A stretch of 64,000 bases of DNA, taken from NCBI GenBank assembly GCA_051362555.1, contig CM120648.1, forward strand, positions 18,162,587-18,226,586, read 5' to 3'. The notes beneath the pieces are model-generated. The model did no database searches and was not told where the DNA came from. It saw only the letters and a list, made by a program, of their open reading frames with translations. Position 1 is the first letter of the stretch. Every line of letters begins with the position of its first letter. Of the stretch, positions 37,837 to 48,921 are shown in pieces. Source of the DNA: Lingula anatina. Taxonomy: Eukaryota; Animalia; Brachiopoda. The translations under genes and the position numbers were made by a program.

Positions 37837-40800
37837 CGCTTCCTAAACCTGGTATTATGTGAATGCGTAGGCGTATGGTGTCGTGTTATGGTGTTGTGCG
37901 TGCGTTTTGCATGCAGTGTCGGCCTGCGTGAAGCTGCCTGTGACTCACCTGTAACACTTACCGGTAGCTCGGATTCGTTCTTGTCGGCTATGTGTCTACG
38001 CCTGTTGGGCTTACTTACCGCCGCGTGCTGAATGACCTCTGCCCTGGGAGCTTTGACTGGTGTGGTACCAAGTTGCAACTCAGCTCTTACTGGGTTGGGT
38101 CGTCTCTTAAATACACGGCGGGCACGTGGTCTTACTTGATCCCACGCCAAACCCCTGTCCACGAGTCTTAATTTGTCCCTGTTAACCACACGTGACTTAC
38201 CTGTCTGTTGGTGGCTTACCCAGAAGACATTGCCTCTTTGTCTAGTCACTGTCCACACCGGGTCCCACTTAGATCCGAAAGTCACATTATCAGGTGCGAA
38301 GATAATAACAGAATCACCTACCTCTATTTTGTTAGCGTTCGCCTTAGCATCGAATCGCCTTTTGTTCTCTAGTCTAGCTGCCTGAAGATTATCTCGGGCT
38401 GCTGTTAAAGAATCCGATAGGTCACTAAGCCGACCTTTCAGAGGATGGTGATTGTTTGTTGCACCTACCAATGTTGATAATGGCATCCTTGGATTCCTGC
38501 CATAAACTAGGAAAAAAGGTGTGAAACCCGTCACTGAGGAAACGCTATTCCTGTAAGCAAACAAAGCATTAGCTATCTGTTCTTCCCAGGTGCGAGTATT
38601 GTTGTTAACAAGGCGGGCCAATAATCCTTTGAAACATTGATTAAATTTTTCAACTTTGCCATTACATTTGGGATTATAAGCTGTAGTCCGCCTATGATCT
38701 ACACCCATTGTTTGAAGATAGTTGCGAAATTCCCCCGCACTAAATTCGCTACCTCTATCTGTGATGATAATTTCTGGTATGCTATGTCTGGGAAAGAATT
38801 CTGAAGCTAAAGCCAATTCGACTGCTTTTGAAGACTTGTCCGGAATGGGATAACTTTCGGCCCAGCCTGTTAAGTGACAAATAACGTTCAAACAATACCT
38901 GTTCCCCTTTGGTGACTCTTGAAACGGACCGATCAAATCCATTCCCACTATTTGAAATGGGTAAGCGGGCATTGGCAATTCACCTAAGGTCGTTCTTTGG
39001 GGGGTGCTTTTATGGGCTAGACAAGTCGGACATCGTTTTACCCATTTAGAGATGTGTTTCCTCATCCCTTTCCATACATAACATTCCCTGACACGACAAA
39101 GGGTTTTATAAACGGACATGTGTCCCACATCTTTATGGCAGCGGTCAGTGATATTGTTTCTGAACTGTTTAGGCAGCAATAAACGCGGATAATCGGGCTC
39201 TGTCAGATTAGGTGGTCTGACCGAGTAAAGAATCCCTTGGAGAATTTCGTAATCTGAATCTTCGTTTTGGGCTTCAGCTATCTCCGCCGGAAATTCCGCG
39301 ATTTGATGTTGTCTTATATCATCAACATTTAACCCATCGGCTTCAACTGGGATGTTATGTAAAGCCATGCTATCCGGAAATGACCTTGGATCCACCCAAT
39401 CTTCTTCCGTGTCGATGATGGCTATTTCCTCGCGCTCTGATGGGAGTCTACTCAAAAAATCCGCGCACACGTTTTTCGCGCCTTTTATGTATTCAATTTT
39501 AGGATTGTATTCCGCTAAGATCGCCGCCCATCTTTGCAACCTTGCATTTTGCAGTTTAGAAGAAAATAGCGCTTTCAAGGGCTTATGATCGGTGTAAATG
39601 GTCAAATCCGCGCCCCACAAATACGGTCGCAATTTGTTGACATTGTACATAACCGCGTAGGCTTCTTTTTCGATAGTAGAATACCTTTGTTGACTGGGTG
39701 ACAGTTTGTGGCTGACATACTGAATCACTCTGTCTTCCCCTTGTTCGTCCGTCTGCACCAAAACGCCGCCTATCGCGTGATTACAAGCGTCCGTGTACAG
39801 TTTGTACGGCTCGTTTATTCGCGGGTGTGCCATCACTTTGTTGGACATCAGCAGTTCTTTTAATCTGTCGAAACTTCTCTGATGCTCTTCCCTCCACTCA
39901 AATCGCTCGTTTTTCTTCGTTAGTTTGTACAATGGGGCTGCTACTCTCGCAAAATCAGGGACCGTACGCGCATAATAGTTACATGTGCCTAAAAAGGACC
40001 TAACATCTTTCGCTTTTCGCGGCGTCGGCATGTTTTTAATTGGTTGTAATTTGTCGGGATTGCTGCGAATCCCGTCTTTGCTTATGATGTAACCGAGAAG
40101 ATGTACTTCACTTTTGGCAAATTCGCATTTCTTTGGATGGATTTTGAGGTTAGCCTCGCGGAATCTTTCTAACACCTGACGCACATGTTCGACATGTTCC
40201 TCCATTGTTTTCGAGAAAATCACGCAGTCGTCAATGTAACAGTACACCGACTTCCCAATAAGGCCGTTTAAAACGCGATCTAACAGTTTCTGGTAGTGAT
40301 TAGGTCCGTTAACCAAACCAAAGGGGACGCGTTTGTATTCGAATAAACCTTTGTGACAAATGAAAGCGGTTTTGTGCATATCTGCCTCGTCTAACGTGCA
40401 CTGGTGAAACCCCTGTTTCAGGTCCAGGACGCTAAAATACGCCGCTCCTCCCATGTTGTCAAAAATGTCGCTGATAAGTGGCAACGGGTACCTATCGACC
40501 TTTGTTATCTCGTTTATTTTGCGGTAATCGACGCAAAATCTCATGGAACCGTCCGATTTTGGCGTAAGAAGTACCGGGGAACTCCACTGACTCTGACTCG
40601 GCCTAATCACGTCATTATCGAGCAAATTTTGTATTTCCTTTTCTATGAGTTCCCTTTTTGCCAGTGGTGCGCGATAAGCTCGTTGTTGAACGGGTCTATT
40701 GTCTCCGGTGTCGATTATCATTGGCAACAGGTCGCATTTGCCTAGGGGATTCTCGGTAGAACTAAATACGTCGCGGTATTCGTTGATCATCGCGTCAATA

Positions 40801-41291
40801 TCGTCATTTCCCGATGACGGTGGCAACTGAACTATTTCCGCGATCAGACCTGGCCGTCCGTAGTCGGTCAAAGACCATTCTTTGCCGAAGAAAACCATGG
40901 TCTTTTGTACACAATTTATTTCCGCGTTCCCGCTCTTTAAAATATCGATCCCCAATATCATTTCATGCTCGATATTTGCGATCACTACTACCTCGAAAAT
41001 GCTGGCCCCGTCAATTTTTATTCTTGCTTTGCCTTTGACCTCGAGTTTTTCTCCCGACACACTGTAAATTTCGTTTGTCTTCTCTAAAAAACACGTTCTA
41101 CCCGTTGCTTTGCAAATCTTTAAAAACATGTCTAAACGCAGGCAACTACAACTGGCACCACTGTCAATCAAACTTTTGCACTGCACGCCGCTAACGGATA
41201 GTGAAACGCCCAATCTGTAACTTAGTGGTTTGGTCATAGCGCCTGCCGTAACTAGTTTAAATGGTTCCTCTGTCGTCTGAGTTGGTAACAT
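37692..41291 (-). CDS. pol: Element A pol: protease-RT-RNase H-integrase
   Basis: DSGA protease, RFCVDYR/YIDD RT, YTDAC RNase H, HHCC plus D-D-E integrase (DLIGP, TDRGSEF, KVEKFN); Gypsy domain order; no stops. Confidence 0.97.
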   Translation of the reverse strand: MLPTQTTEEPFKLVTAGAMTKPLSYRLGVSLSVSGVQCKSLIDSGASCSCLRLDMFLKICKATGRTCFLEKTNEIYSVSGEKLEVKGKARIKIDGASIFEVVVIANIEHEMILGIDILKSGNAEINCVQKTMVFFGKEWSLTDYGRPGLIAEIVQLPPSSGNDDIDAMINEYRDVFSSTENPLGKCDLLPMIIDTGDNRPVQQRAYRAPLAKRELIEKEIQNLLDNDVIRPSQSQWSSPVLLTPKSDGSMRFCVDYRKINEITKVDRYPLPLISDIFDNMGGAAYFSVLDLKQGFHQCTLDEADMHKTAFICHKGLFEYKRVPFGLVNGPNHYQKLLDRVLNGLIGKSVYCYIDDCVIFSKTMEEHVEHVRQVLERFREANLKIHPKKCEFAKSEVHLLGYIISKDGIRSNPDKLQPIKNMPTPRKAKDVRSFLGTCNYYARTVPDFARVAAPLYKLTKKNERFEWREEHQRSFDRLKELLMSNKVMAHPRINEPYKLYTDACNHAIGGVLVQTDEQGEDRVIQYVSHKLSPSQQRYSTIEKEAYAVMYNVNKLRPYLWGADLTIYTDHKPLKALFSSKLQNARLQRWAAILAEYNPKIEYIKGAKNVCADFLSRLPSEREEIAIIDTEEDWVDPRSFPDSMALHNIPVEADGLNVDDIRQHQIAEFPAEIAEAQNEDSDYEILQGILYSVRPPNLTEPDYPRLLLPKQFRNNITDRCHKDVGHMSVYKTLCRVRECYVWKGMRKHISKWVKRCPTCLAHKSTPQRTTLGELPMPAYPFQIVGMDLIGPFQESPKGNRYCLNVICHLTGWAESYPIPDKSSKAVELALASEFFPRHSIPEIIITDRGSEFSAGEFRNYLQTMGVDHRRTTAYNPKCNGKVEKFNQCFKGLLARLVNNNTRTWEEQIANALFAYRNSVSSVTGFTPFFLVYGRNPRMPLSTLVGATNNHHPLKGRLSDLSDSLTAARDNLQAARLENKRRFDAKANANKIEVGDSVIIFAPDNVTFGSKWDPVWTVTRQRGNVFWVSHQQTGKSRVVNRDKLRLVDRGLAWDQVRPRARRVFKRRPNPVRAELQLGTTPVKAPRAEVIQHAAVSKPNRRRHIADKNESELPVSVTGESQAASRRPTLHAKRTHNTITRHHTPTHSHNTRFRKRCLQATEQGDALLSQVEGDETGGPQPVKMLRITDSGSEEHMEVDSIQK

Positions 41292-42331
41292 TCCGCTTTT
41301 TTATGACCCGGTTTGTTACAGTGAAAACAACGTATCGTACTCTCCTCACGCCTGCCAGTATTATCTCGGACCCCTCGCGGTAAACTGTAACTTCCCTGCG
41401 AACGCGACTGTTGGTGTGGCCTCTGTGTATGTTTGTGCGATTTTGGAGTGGGGTTTGGGGAATTGTATACGCGGGTTTCCACTTTTTCTATGCGTGTTTG
41501 CATTTGCTTCTGTGCTTTTAGTGCCTGTTGTATGTGTCTAGAGGTCTCCTGTAGTTGGGATAAAAGCATTGCAGTATCTTTATTGACCGCGTTTACGGAA
41601 GATATGTCCATATCTTCCTCTACTCTGGGTGAAAAAACTTTCTCGGCAAATTTGTTTTGTGTGACGGCGTTAGTTTGCGGCGCGTGGTGAACCTGCGTGG
41701 TCATTTGCCTAAAAATTTCTCTCTCGCAATTTTCGTTTTCGGTCCACTGAATGGCAGCCTCCAGAGTTTCAGGTCGGCCCCTGACAATTAATTCCTCAGC
41801 CAATTGCTGATTCGACAATCCGCGCGTATAGGCTCTCACTATAAATCTTTCCGTATCCGCGCCACGTGGAGCGGTGTACGCGCGGCTTGCCGCCTCCCTA
41901 AACCTTCTATTAAATTCCAGCAACGTCTCGAACGATGCTTGACGTAAAACCTCCAATTCCGATTTAAGGCGCTCGGATTCATTCGCAGACAAAAAAGAAC
42001 GTTGAATGTGTTCTTTAATAACTCTCCACGGGGTTTCCAGCCTTTCTGGCTGCGTTTGCAAAAACCTCTCTATCTCCCTCCTGAGGGCCCCCCTTGACGT
42101 TTTCGTTACCAATTTAACTGCTCCCCCGGCAATATCATGTAAAGAAGCATACATTACCTCTAGGTCGTCTAGGTACGACCTTACCTCCGACACCACCGCT
42201 CCGTCGCAGACTGTTATACCTTTAGCCGCCTCTTCTATTCTCTTCTCTTTGATAGAGCGCACATGCCCTCCTTGAATGTCCTGTGCAATTATTTGCAGCG
42301 TCTCCACGAGTTGCTGCATCCCCTCGGCCAT
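41252..42331 (-). CDS. gag: Element A gag (capsid and CCHC zinc knuckle)
   Basis: LRQ...ETLLEFNRRF MHR-like segment; CFHCNKPGHKKAEC. Confidence 0.93.
   Translation of the reverse strand: MAEGMQQLVETLQIIAQDIQGGHVRSIKEKRIEEAAKGITVCDGAVVSEVRSYLDDLEVMYASLHDIAGGAVKLVTKTSRGALRREIERFLQTQPERLETPWRVIKEHIQRSFLSANESERLKSELEVLRQASFETLLEFNRRFREAASRAYTAPRGADTERFIVRAYTRGLSNQQLAEELIVRGRPETLEAAIQWTENENCEREIFRQMTTQVHHAPQTNAVTQNKFAEKVFSPRVEEDMDISSVNAVNKDTAMLLSQLQETSRHIQQALKAQKQMQTRIEKVETRVYNSPNPTPKSHKHTQRPHQQSRSQGSYSLPRGVRDNTGRREESTIRCFHCNKPGHKKAECYQLRRQRNHLN
41255..41261 (-). promoter_or_regulatory. -1 ribosomal frameshift slippery site U UUA AAC at the gag/pol overlap of A
   Basis: gag frame CAT TTA AAC TAG; a -1 shift gives the pol frame TTT AAA CTA GTT. 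Confidence 0.85.
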
Positions 42332-42373
42332 TGTGTAAGCTCAGATGTTCCTCTTGCGAGACGTAAAATTTAA

Positions 42374-42389
42374 CTGGCGAGCGACGCCA
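42374..42389 (-). other. Primer binding site of element A
   Basis: TGGCGTCGCTCGCCAG 5 nt after the 5' LTR; tRNA identity not certain. Confidence 0.7.
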
Positions 42390-42394
42390 AAACG

Positions 42395-42815
42395 TGTCCG
42401 GAACCGCGCAAATTTAGATATAAACGTAATTTAGAATTGAGCTCGAAATGCGGACACCGTTAGATAATTTTAATTAGGATAACGCGTTAGTGTAATCTAC
42501 CAGATTCGCGGTCAAAATCTTTACGTCTAAACGCTACAGAGGAAATCCACACTGACAAGAATGACCATTTCCAATCGTTTAATGTGAACTCGTTGCCTGC
42601 TCAGGTACATTCTGCTTCTCTATTCAATATTACACACTTTTAGTCCGTACTCCAGCCAATGGCTTCATGCACTTCTTATCACTGGCTTCTTAATGCGACA
42701 GGTAAACAAGCCTTACTCAGTCTCTTCAAAATTGACACAATGTATTATGGAGAATAATAAAAGTTATGATTTGAAATTATTGACATCGTCCATGAATTAT
42801 TAAATGTCTCCGACA
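42395..42815 (-). repeat. Element A 5' LTR
   Basis: 421 bp, TG...CA termini. Confidence 0.97.
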
Positions 42816-42819
42816 TAGA

Positions 42820-43116
42820 GTCCACCGCAACTACTGTTGCTGTCAAGATTTAGAGGGGTTTAAGTAGCAAAACATCAAAGAAATTTTTCCACTTCAAAGA
42901 GATTCCAGTTAAATTGCACGTTTCCTAATACACCATCTAAATGTCATTAAGAGGGGACAGTGTGTCCAGTGACAGGCTACTTAACCCATGCCTGTCTAGC
43001 CAGGTTCTGCCTACCCTCTAATTTGTGATGTCCATGTCACTGATATGGAGTGACTGTAGGTAATATTTTATGTAATGAAAAAAAAGCAAATAAATATATG
43101 ATATGAAACTATGATA
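42820..43116 (-). repeat. Element B 3' LTR, right part
   Basis: Matches 61123-61421 apart from a 2-bp indel; purine-rich AAGAGAG next to it on the minus strand. Confidence 0.93.
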
Positions 43117-43751
43117 GGACTCTCTTGGCCGTTAAAATTTGTGCCTCAAATTTTTAAGCAATATACTGTAGCTATAGACCTAAAAACAAGGATTTGTACA
43201 CCCTGATATTGGAGAACAACTCTTCATTTAATGTACATCTAGTGATATTGCAAGAAACGATATAGAAATTTAATGTACATCTAGCAATATTACAAGGAAT
43301 GATATAAAAATTTACACATCAATATTACAGCAAATGACATAGCAAAATTACATAATATTATATATATAAAAAAAAGCAAATAAACACGTAACTAAGTTTA
43401 AGACTAAAATTACAAATATATAAGTCAATCATCCCATAACCTTTGCTATTACATTATCAATTACAAATGAATATTATGATACACTTAAGTAATTAATTAA
43501 ATTTCATAATTATAAATGCTTAAGATAATAACATTATAGCCAATATGCATGAATCATTTAAACAAAATCACTATCACGCACACAGTCACCCACTGCTATT
43601 TGGTGAGTGGACTGTTCATACATATCCAATTCAAGCTTTGCACGTGCTAACTTTCATTTAATAAAATTTCATTGTTCTAGCTTCGAAGTACTTCTTACCC
43701 TGAAGCAACTCTTTTTATGTGCGCAATATGACTTGACTCTAATTTTTTTTT

Positions 43752-46101
43752 TCAAAGGTAGACTAATCTATCATGGTGTAAGATAACAAGGTTGGCCTCA
43801 AAAGGTTCCTTAGTCAGTTTCTTACATTTCATATATTCCATCAGTGAAATATTAAGCGTTATCGGTAAGGCGACATTTATTTTTTGTTGGGCATGGCAAG
43901 CCGAAATTGTGGTGTTTCCCCATTCAATTATTACTTTGGGCATGAATCCTCTCACTAAAGTTAAATTTTGAATGATAGACGTGCCTTCAACCATAAGCTC
44001 CTTGGGACAGGATGGGGTTTTAGCAAGTGGCAGTAGTAATGTGTCCTTTGCATTCGACAATTCCAAGGCTAAACAATTCTTACGATATTTCTTTTTGCAT
44101 TGAACCAACACAATTACTAAACTGACAAGTACTAAGATGACCAGAAAATGGATAGATGGCGCAATATCTGCTGTGAGAATTTTGTACAAATTGACTTCAT
44201 CAACCACAGGTGGTGCTGTTGTTGGTGCCACATATACAAATACTGGTGCTGGCGTAGCCTTTACATGACCCATGGTGATCATGGCGGTGGTCAGTATTTT
44301 TAGTTTGTAGGTTAAACAAAGAGAAAAGATGACACACAAGCCTGACAAACCTAAAGCTATGTAAGAAGTGATTTCACTTGTAGATGTCTCGACCGGCGGT
44401 AACTTAAGATCACCTGTCATCAATGGTCGGCAAGAGACTGAAAAATCATTTCACCTTTTTGGGCAGCCTTCATGACCTCCTTAAGATTTAATTGTATAGC
44501 TGAATCTTGATGAATAAATTTAGAAAAGTTACTTTCGTATAACTTTATTTTGGGGATGTCGACTGTTGGGAGACTTGTATACAATGAATGCCCTAAAATA
44601 GATGATAAGTTCTGACTATCAAAAAAATGTTGTAAGACAGCTAGATTTATTGGGTGCAAGACTTCCATCATGTTTGATGTTTCACAAAATTGGTGTGGTG
44701 GCAGGTAAATGGAAGTATATTGGACTGAGCAGGCACAAGGAATCTTTACTATGCAGAAATCACACCCTGTCATCGTCTTATTTGTTGGACAATCAAGAGA
44801 GACATTTTGAATTTTGTTAATTAGTATGTGTGTTTTTCCAACACGTTTGACAGAAGGTTTGACACTGTTGGGGAGTAATTTAAAATCACAGGTTTCTTTT
44901 ACCTTTAATTTGTTGTTTTTTAGTATGGCCTGAATACAGTCATGATTAGTGGTGGGTTTTAGCATGGTTGCCTCGCAAAGTTTTTCTTTTTCTCCCGTGC
45001 ACTCATTTAAAAAGGCTTGATTAAAAGTAATGGGTGATTTATTGTTCCTGGATTCTCCAAAATATTCGGGTACATTTGTTAGAAGTGAAGAATGTTCACT
45101 TGTGGCATTAACAGGAATTTGGAATGTTTCGGTCTGAAAAATTTGAAACGATTCTGATGAGGAAAGGATAGGAATTTTGAAAGCCACCACTATGGAATCA
45201 TTCATTTTGTTGGCTGAGAATTTTGCGAACTTGTAGTAATAGTCCAAGTCCTGATGAATTTCATAATTAGCGACCTGCTGCTTTAAAGTCTTTTGAATCT
45301 TTTTGAGAGAGTCAACCAAGATATGAGGGGGAAACAGGATAGGTGATAGCTTGCCATGTGCCAAATCATTGACGCCCATTACGGTACGTCCTATTTCATG
45401 AGCTAACTTAGTGGATACTGTGCTAAGATGCATCAGTCTAGTTATTAGTCTTAAATTCAGAGCAACTTCGTTTTCTACTTCATGCAAGTCTCCTCCTATA
45501 AGGACATTCAGGTGATGATTGGCCTCTATTTGTTTTACCATGTTGTTTAACCTTTCATTTTGCCCATGAAAAATGGACCCATATTGATTGGAAAATTTCG
45601 AAAAGGTTTTTAAAGCTTTCTGCTGTCGCGATTGTAATATATTAATATGGTCTATAACCTTGTTCAGCTGACCCTCTGTAGCTACACCAAATAGTGAGTT
45701 CGCAATGTTACCAATAAAAGGAAGGACTGACCTCCTATCTCTTACCTTCAGTTCCTTCTTAACACTAAATATTGACTCTACTTGATTGTGGAGGGACCTT
45801 AACTCTAAGGCAGTTTGTCTGTACAGCCTTTTCCCTTCCAAAATGGCTTTTTCTACTAACTTGCAGGACTTTTCACTTAGACGTCCTTGACATCTATGTT
45901 CATACGCTGACACTGCCGGAATGGCCGGAATATAAATCGTCATTGTATGTAACCAATAATCGTGAACTAACTTCATAGTCCCTGCATCATGAAGCACAAT
46001 TCCATAATTCATGTTCACCTCATCTGCATTGTCAACCTGCACAGTTGCTATCACTGCCACCAAGATCAAAACCGTGAGCCTGATACCATCCTTGGGGGTC
46101 T
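43752..46101 (-). pseudogene. env: Element B env, F-type fusion glycoprotein, one frameshift at ~44425
   Basis: Signal-like LTVLILVAVIATVQV; NYG motif; RDRR|SVLPFIGNIANSLFG; Cys-rich ectodomain; TM YIALGLSGLCVIFSLCL and a second hydrophobic helix in the +1 frame. Confidence 0.88.
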
Positions 46102-46138
46102 CTGAAGGGAAACAACATTGAGAATTTGAGAGAGAGTC

Positions 46139-46513
46139 TTTTGCTTCTTGAGTGACAAGGGGAAAGGCCTCTGGCCAACGGGAAAAAGATTCGACAGCTA
46201 GTAAAATGTATTTGTATCCTGTTTTAGTGGTAGTGATGGGACCGAGGATGTCTAAGTGCCATGTACTAAAAACATTTTTAATAGGGAGTGGTTGCAGAGG
46301 GGGTGTTTGGATATGGTAACTTCTTTTGGATCTCTGGCACACTTCACACGTTTTTACATACCGCTTGACATCCCTTGACATTTTAGGCCAATAATATTTT
46401 AACCTCAACTTCCCTAGGCATTTGTGATATCCAGGATGGCAAGCTCCTACTCTAGAATCGTGATAGGCCTGCAAAACCTTTTTCCTATATTGTTTCGGCA
46501 CAACAAGCTGTTT
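46139..46513 (-). pseudogene. pol: Element B integrase N-half (HHCC and first core Asp), rest deleted
   Basis: KQLVVP...HDSRVGACHPG...CEVC...WHLDILGP...FSRWPEAFPL, then an abrupt switch to env-leader sequence. Confidence 0.88.
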
Positions 46514-47305
46514 CACTGCATGAAAAAACACCTTTTATCGCCTTCCATTCATCTACAAAATGTTATCGAAAGATGATCCCTCAACTTTCATCATCCTTTC
46601 CTGACGAAAAGGTCATCTTTCACCTTTCATTTGTAAAAGGTCATCTTTTTATCAACTTTTACCTCTCGGAAAGACCGTCATTCACATTTTCATTAACTTT
46701 CAGTTTTCAAAAGTTCAACTATCACCTTTTACAGTGCGAAAGGCCATCTTACATTCCAGCTTTTGTTAACTGGAAAGGTCTCATTTTGTTTATCTTTTAT
46801 TTTCTGAAAACTTAAGACTAATTTTATAATAATGCGTGGTGATCTTTTGTATGTATACTATTTATTTTATGTACAGGACTTAATTCCGTATCTTACATTA
46901 AGCGCATTATGGAAAAAGCGAATACTTTTGCAAATTGTTTGCATGATGTAATGTTTTGCACTTTGATTAAAGTATTTAACTGATAGATTGAATGTGGTGA
47001 TTTGCATTTCGGAGAAATAATTATGCAATCTTGCATTGGCCTGAGTTTATGTATAAATATACCTATAGCATTCAGTGCAGTGGAAGAAGTGTTCACCGAA
47101 TTTCACTTGAGGTAGACATATAATTTTGACGGTTTAAACGACAAACAACTTTCAGAATCGAAAGTAACTTATATTTTTATTCCAATATCGTCAGGGTTTA
47201 AATACAGCAAATAAAAAATTATATGTCAGAGGTCACATCTCCATATTTGCCTAGATAATTACTTTCACAGGAAATAATCTCCATGCTTCTGGACAGTAGC
47301 TAATT

Positions 47306-48060
47306 ATGTCAGGATTATAGCATTGGTTGCACCAAGTCAAAATAGTGTTTGAGGTCACCTCTCCATAATTTGCCTGGCTAGAGGCTCGTCTCTAAACAGA
47401 AAAATCACCCCTCCTCGACAAAAAAGGCAATAGGATCTCTCGTCACTAACTTAGTAATTTTCAGTAATGTCAGGATTTTAGCATTGATTGCACCAAGTCC
47501 AAAAAGTGTTTGAGGTCACCTCTCCATAATTTGCCTGGCTAGAGGCTCGTCTCTAAACAGAAAACCACCCCTCCTCGACAAAAAAGGTAATAGGATCTCT
47601 TACCACTAACTTTGTTATTTTCAGTAATGTCAGGATTTTAGCATTGATTGCACCAAGTCAAAATAGTGTTTGAGGTCACCTCTCCATAATTTGCCTGGCT
47701 AGAGGCTCGTCTCTAAACAGAAAACCACCCCTCCTCGACAAAAAAGGCAATAGGATCTCTCGTCACTAACTTAATAATTTTCAGTAATGTCAGGATTTTA
47801 GCATTGATTGCACCAAGTCCAAAAAGTGTTTGAGGTCACCTCTCCATAATTTGCCTGGCTAGAGGCTCGTCTCTAAACAGAAAACCACCCCTCCTTGACA
47901 AAAAAGGTTATAGGATCTCTCATCACTCACTTTGTTATTTGCAGTTATGTCAGTATTAGCATTGATTGTATCAAGTCAAAAATTATAATTACAATAAATG
48001 TCAGATGTCACCTCTCCATAGTTTGCCTAACCAGAGGATCGTTTCTAAGGAGAAAACCAC
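47306..48060. repeat. 160-bp tandem repeat, 4 copies plus 1 degenerate, inside outer CACTA
   Basis: ATGTCAGGATT... at 47306, 47467, 47627, 47787, 47947. Confidence 0.95.
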
Positions 48061-48706
48061 TCTAAAATTGTTATGATGTGTTTTAGACTCCAGAGAGCAA
48101 GTTTTACCTTTTACATAATCCCTAATAGTAAGGCCCTGGGCATGATGGAAATATTTAACCGAAGTTAGATAGGTAGTAATCAGCTATGCAATTTGAATTT
48201 GTTTATATTGGAACTGGTTATATTACTGACAGACTGTTACTGTTTGCATATCCTTCATTCATCTTGCTTACACTTCTGTAGTTAATCTTAATATCAGAGG
48301 AAAATTATCAACCATACATAACTGTTTACTTATTCTCTTGCTCAGAGCGAGTCAGTCTCCCCTTTACCATTTTAGCATGTTTAATTCCATAAATCTGACG
48401 GTGAGGAGGTCTGAGGTAAACACAAAGAGGTTATACATGTAGGTTAACAATTTCTATTGTAGCTGCAGACTGGGAATTCATGTATAACAGGAGCACAGGA
48501 ATGCAGCCTTCTTTTAGATGTTCATCTCTTTTCTTGTGACGACAGGCACTGCTTTTTCATCCTTGTGACGCCCAATTCCTTTATAAAAGAAAAGACATAC
48601 TGAATAATAGAGACATGACAAAAACACTTGACAATATTTTTCTGAGAACTTAATTCTTTTCTATAATGTGCAGCTGTTTTAAATAGTGTCATTTTCGGTT
48701 GTATAA

Positions 48707-48921
48707 GGCTGTATTCCCAGACCTTTTAGATCGATCTATCCCCGCGGGGAGTCTCACTAGATTACTGTCAGATAATCCGGCTTAAATGTCCGTCCCGCCT
48801 ACTACAAGCTGTAAGGGGGTAATTAACTTTCATGTCCACTCGGCTGACAGCTATTTAGCGTGAACCCCCAGAGAGTTAGGTAGATCTAAAGTAGATCGAT
48901 CTAATCTCTGGAAATGGGGTC
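48707..48921. mobile_element. 215-bp Harbinger-type MITE inside outer CACTA
   Basis: Same family as 17150-17364; TAA flanks. Confidence 0.85.

Larger units (their letters stand above)
34000..42815 (-). mobile_element. Ty3/Gypsy LTR retrotransposon A with env, young and near-intact, inserted in B's 3' LTR
   Basis: 421-bp LTRs TGTC...GACA; TAGA 4-bp TSD (33996-33999 / 42816-42819); PBS, PPT, intact gag and pol. Confidence 0.97.

Noticed and set aside
44420-46531. 703-aa natural integrase-envelope protein
   Set aside because: Its start (MFFHAV) comes from the CACTG TIR and the IN-env join is a deletion junction; not a native gene model
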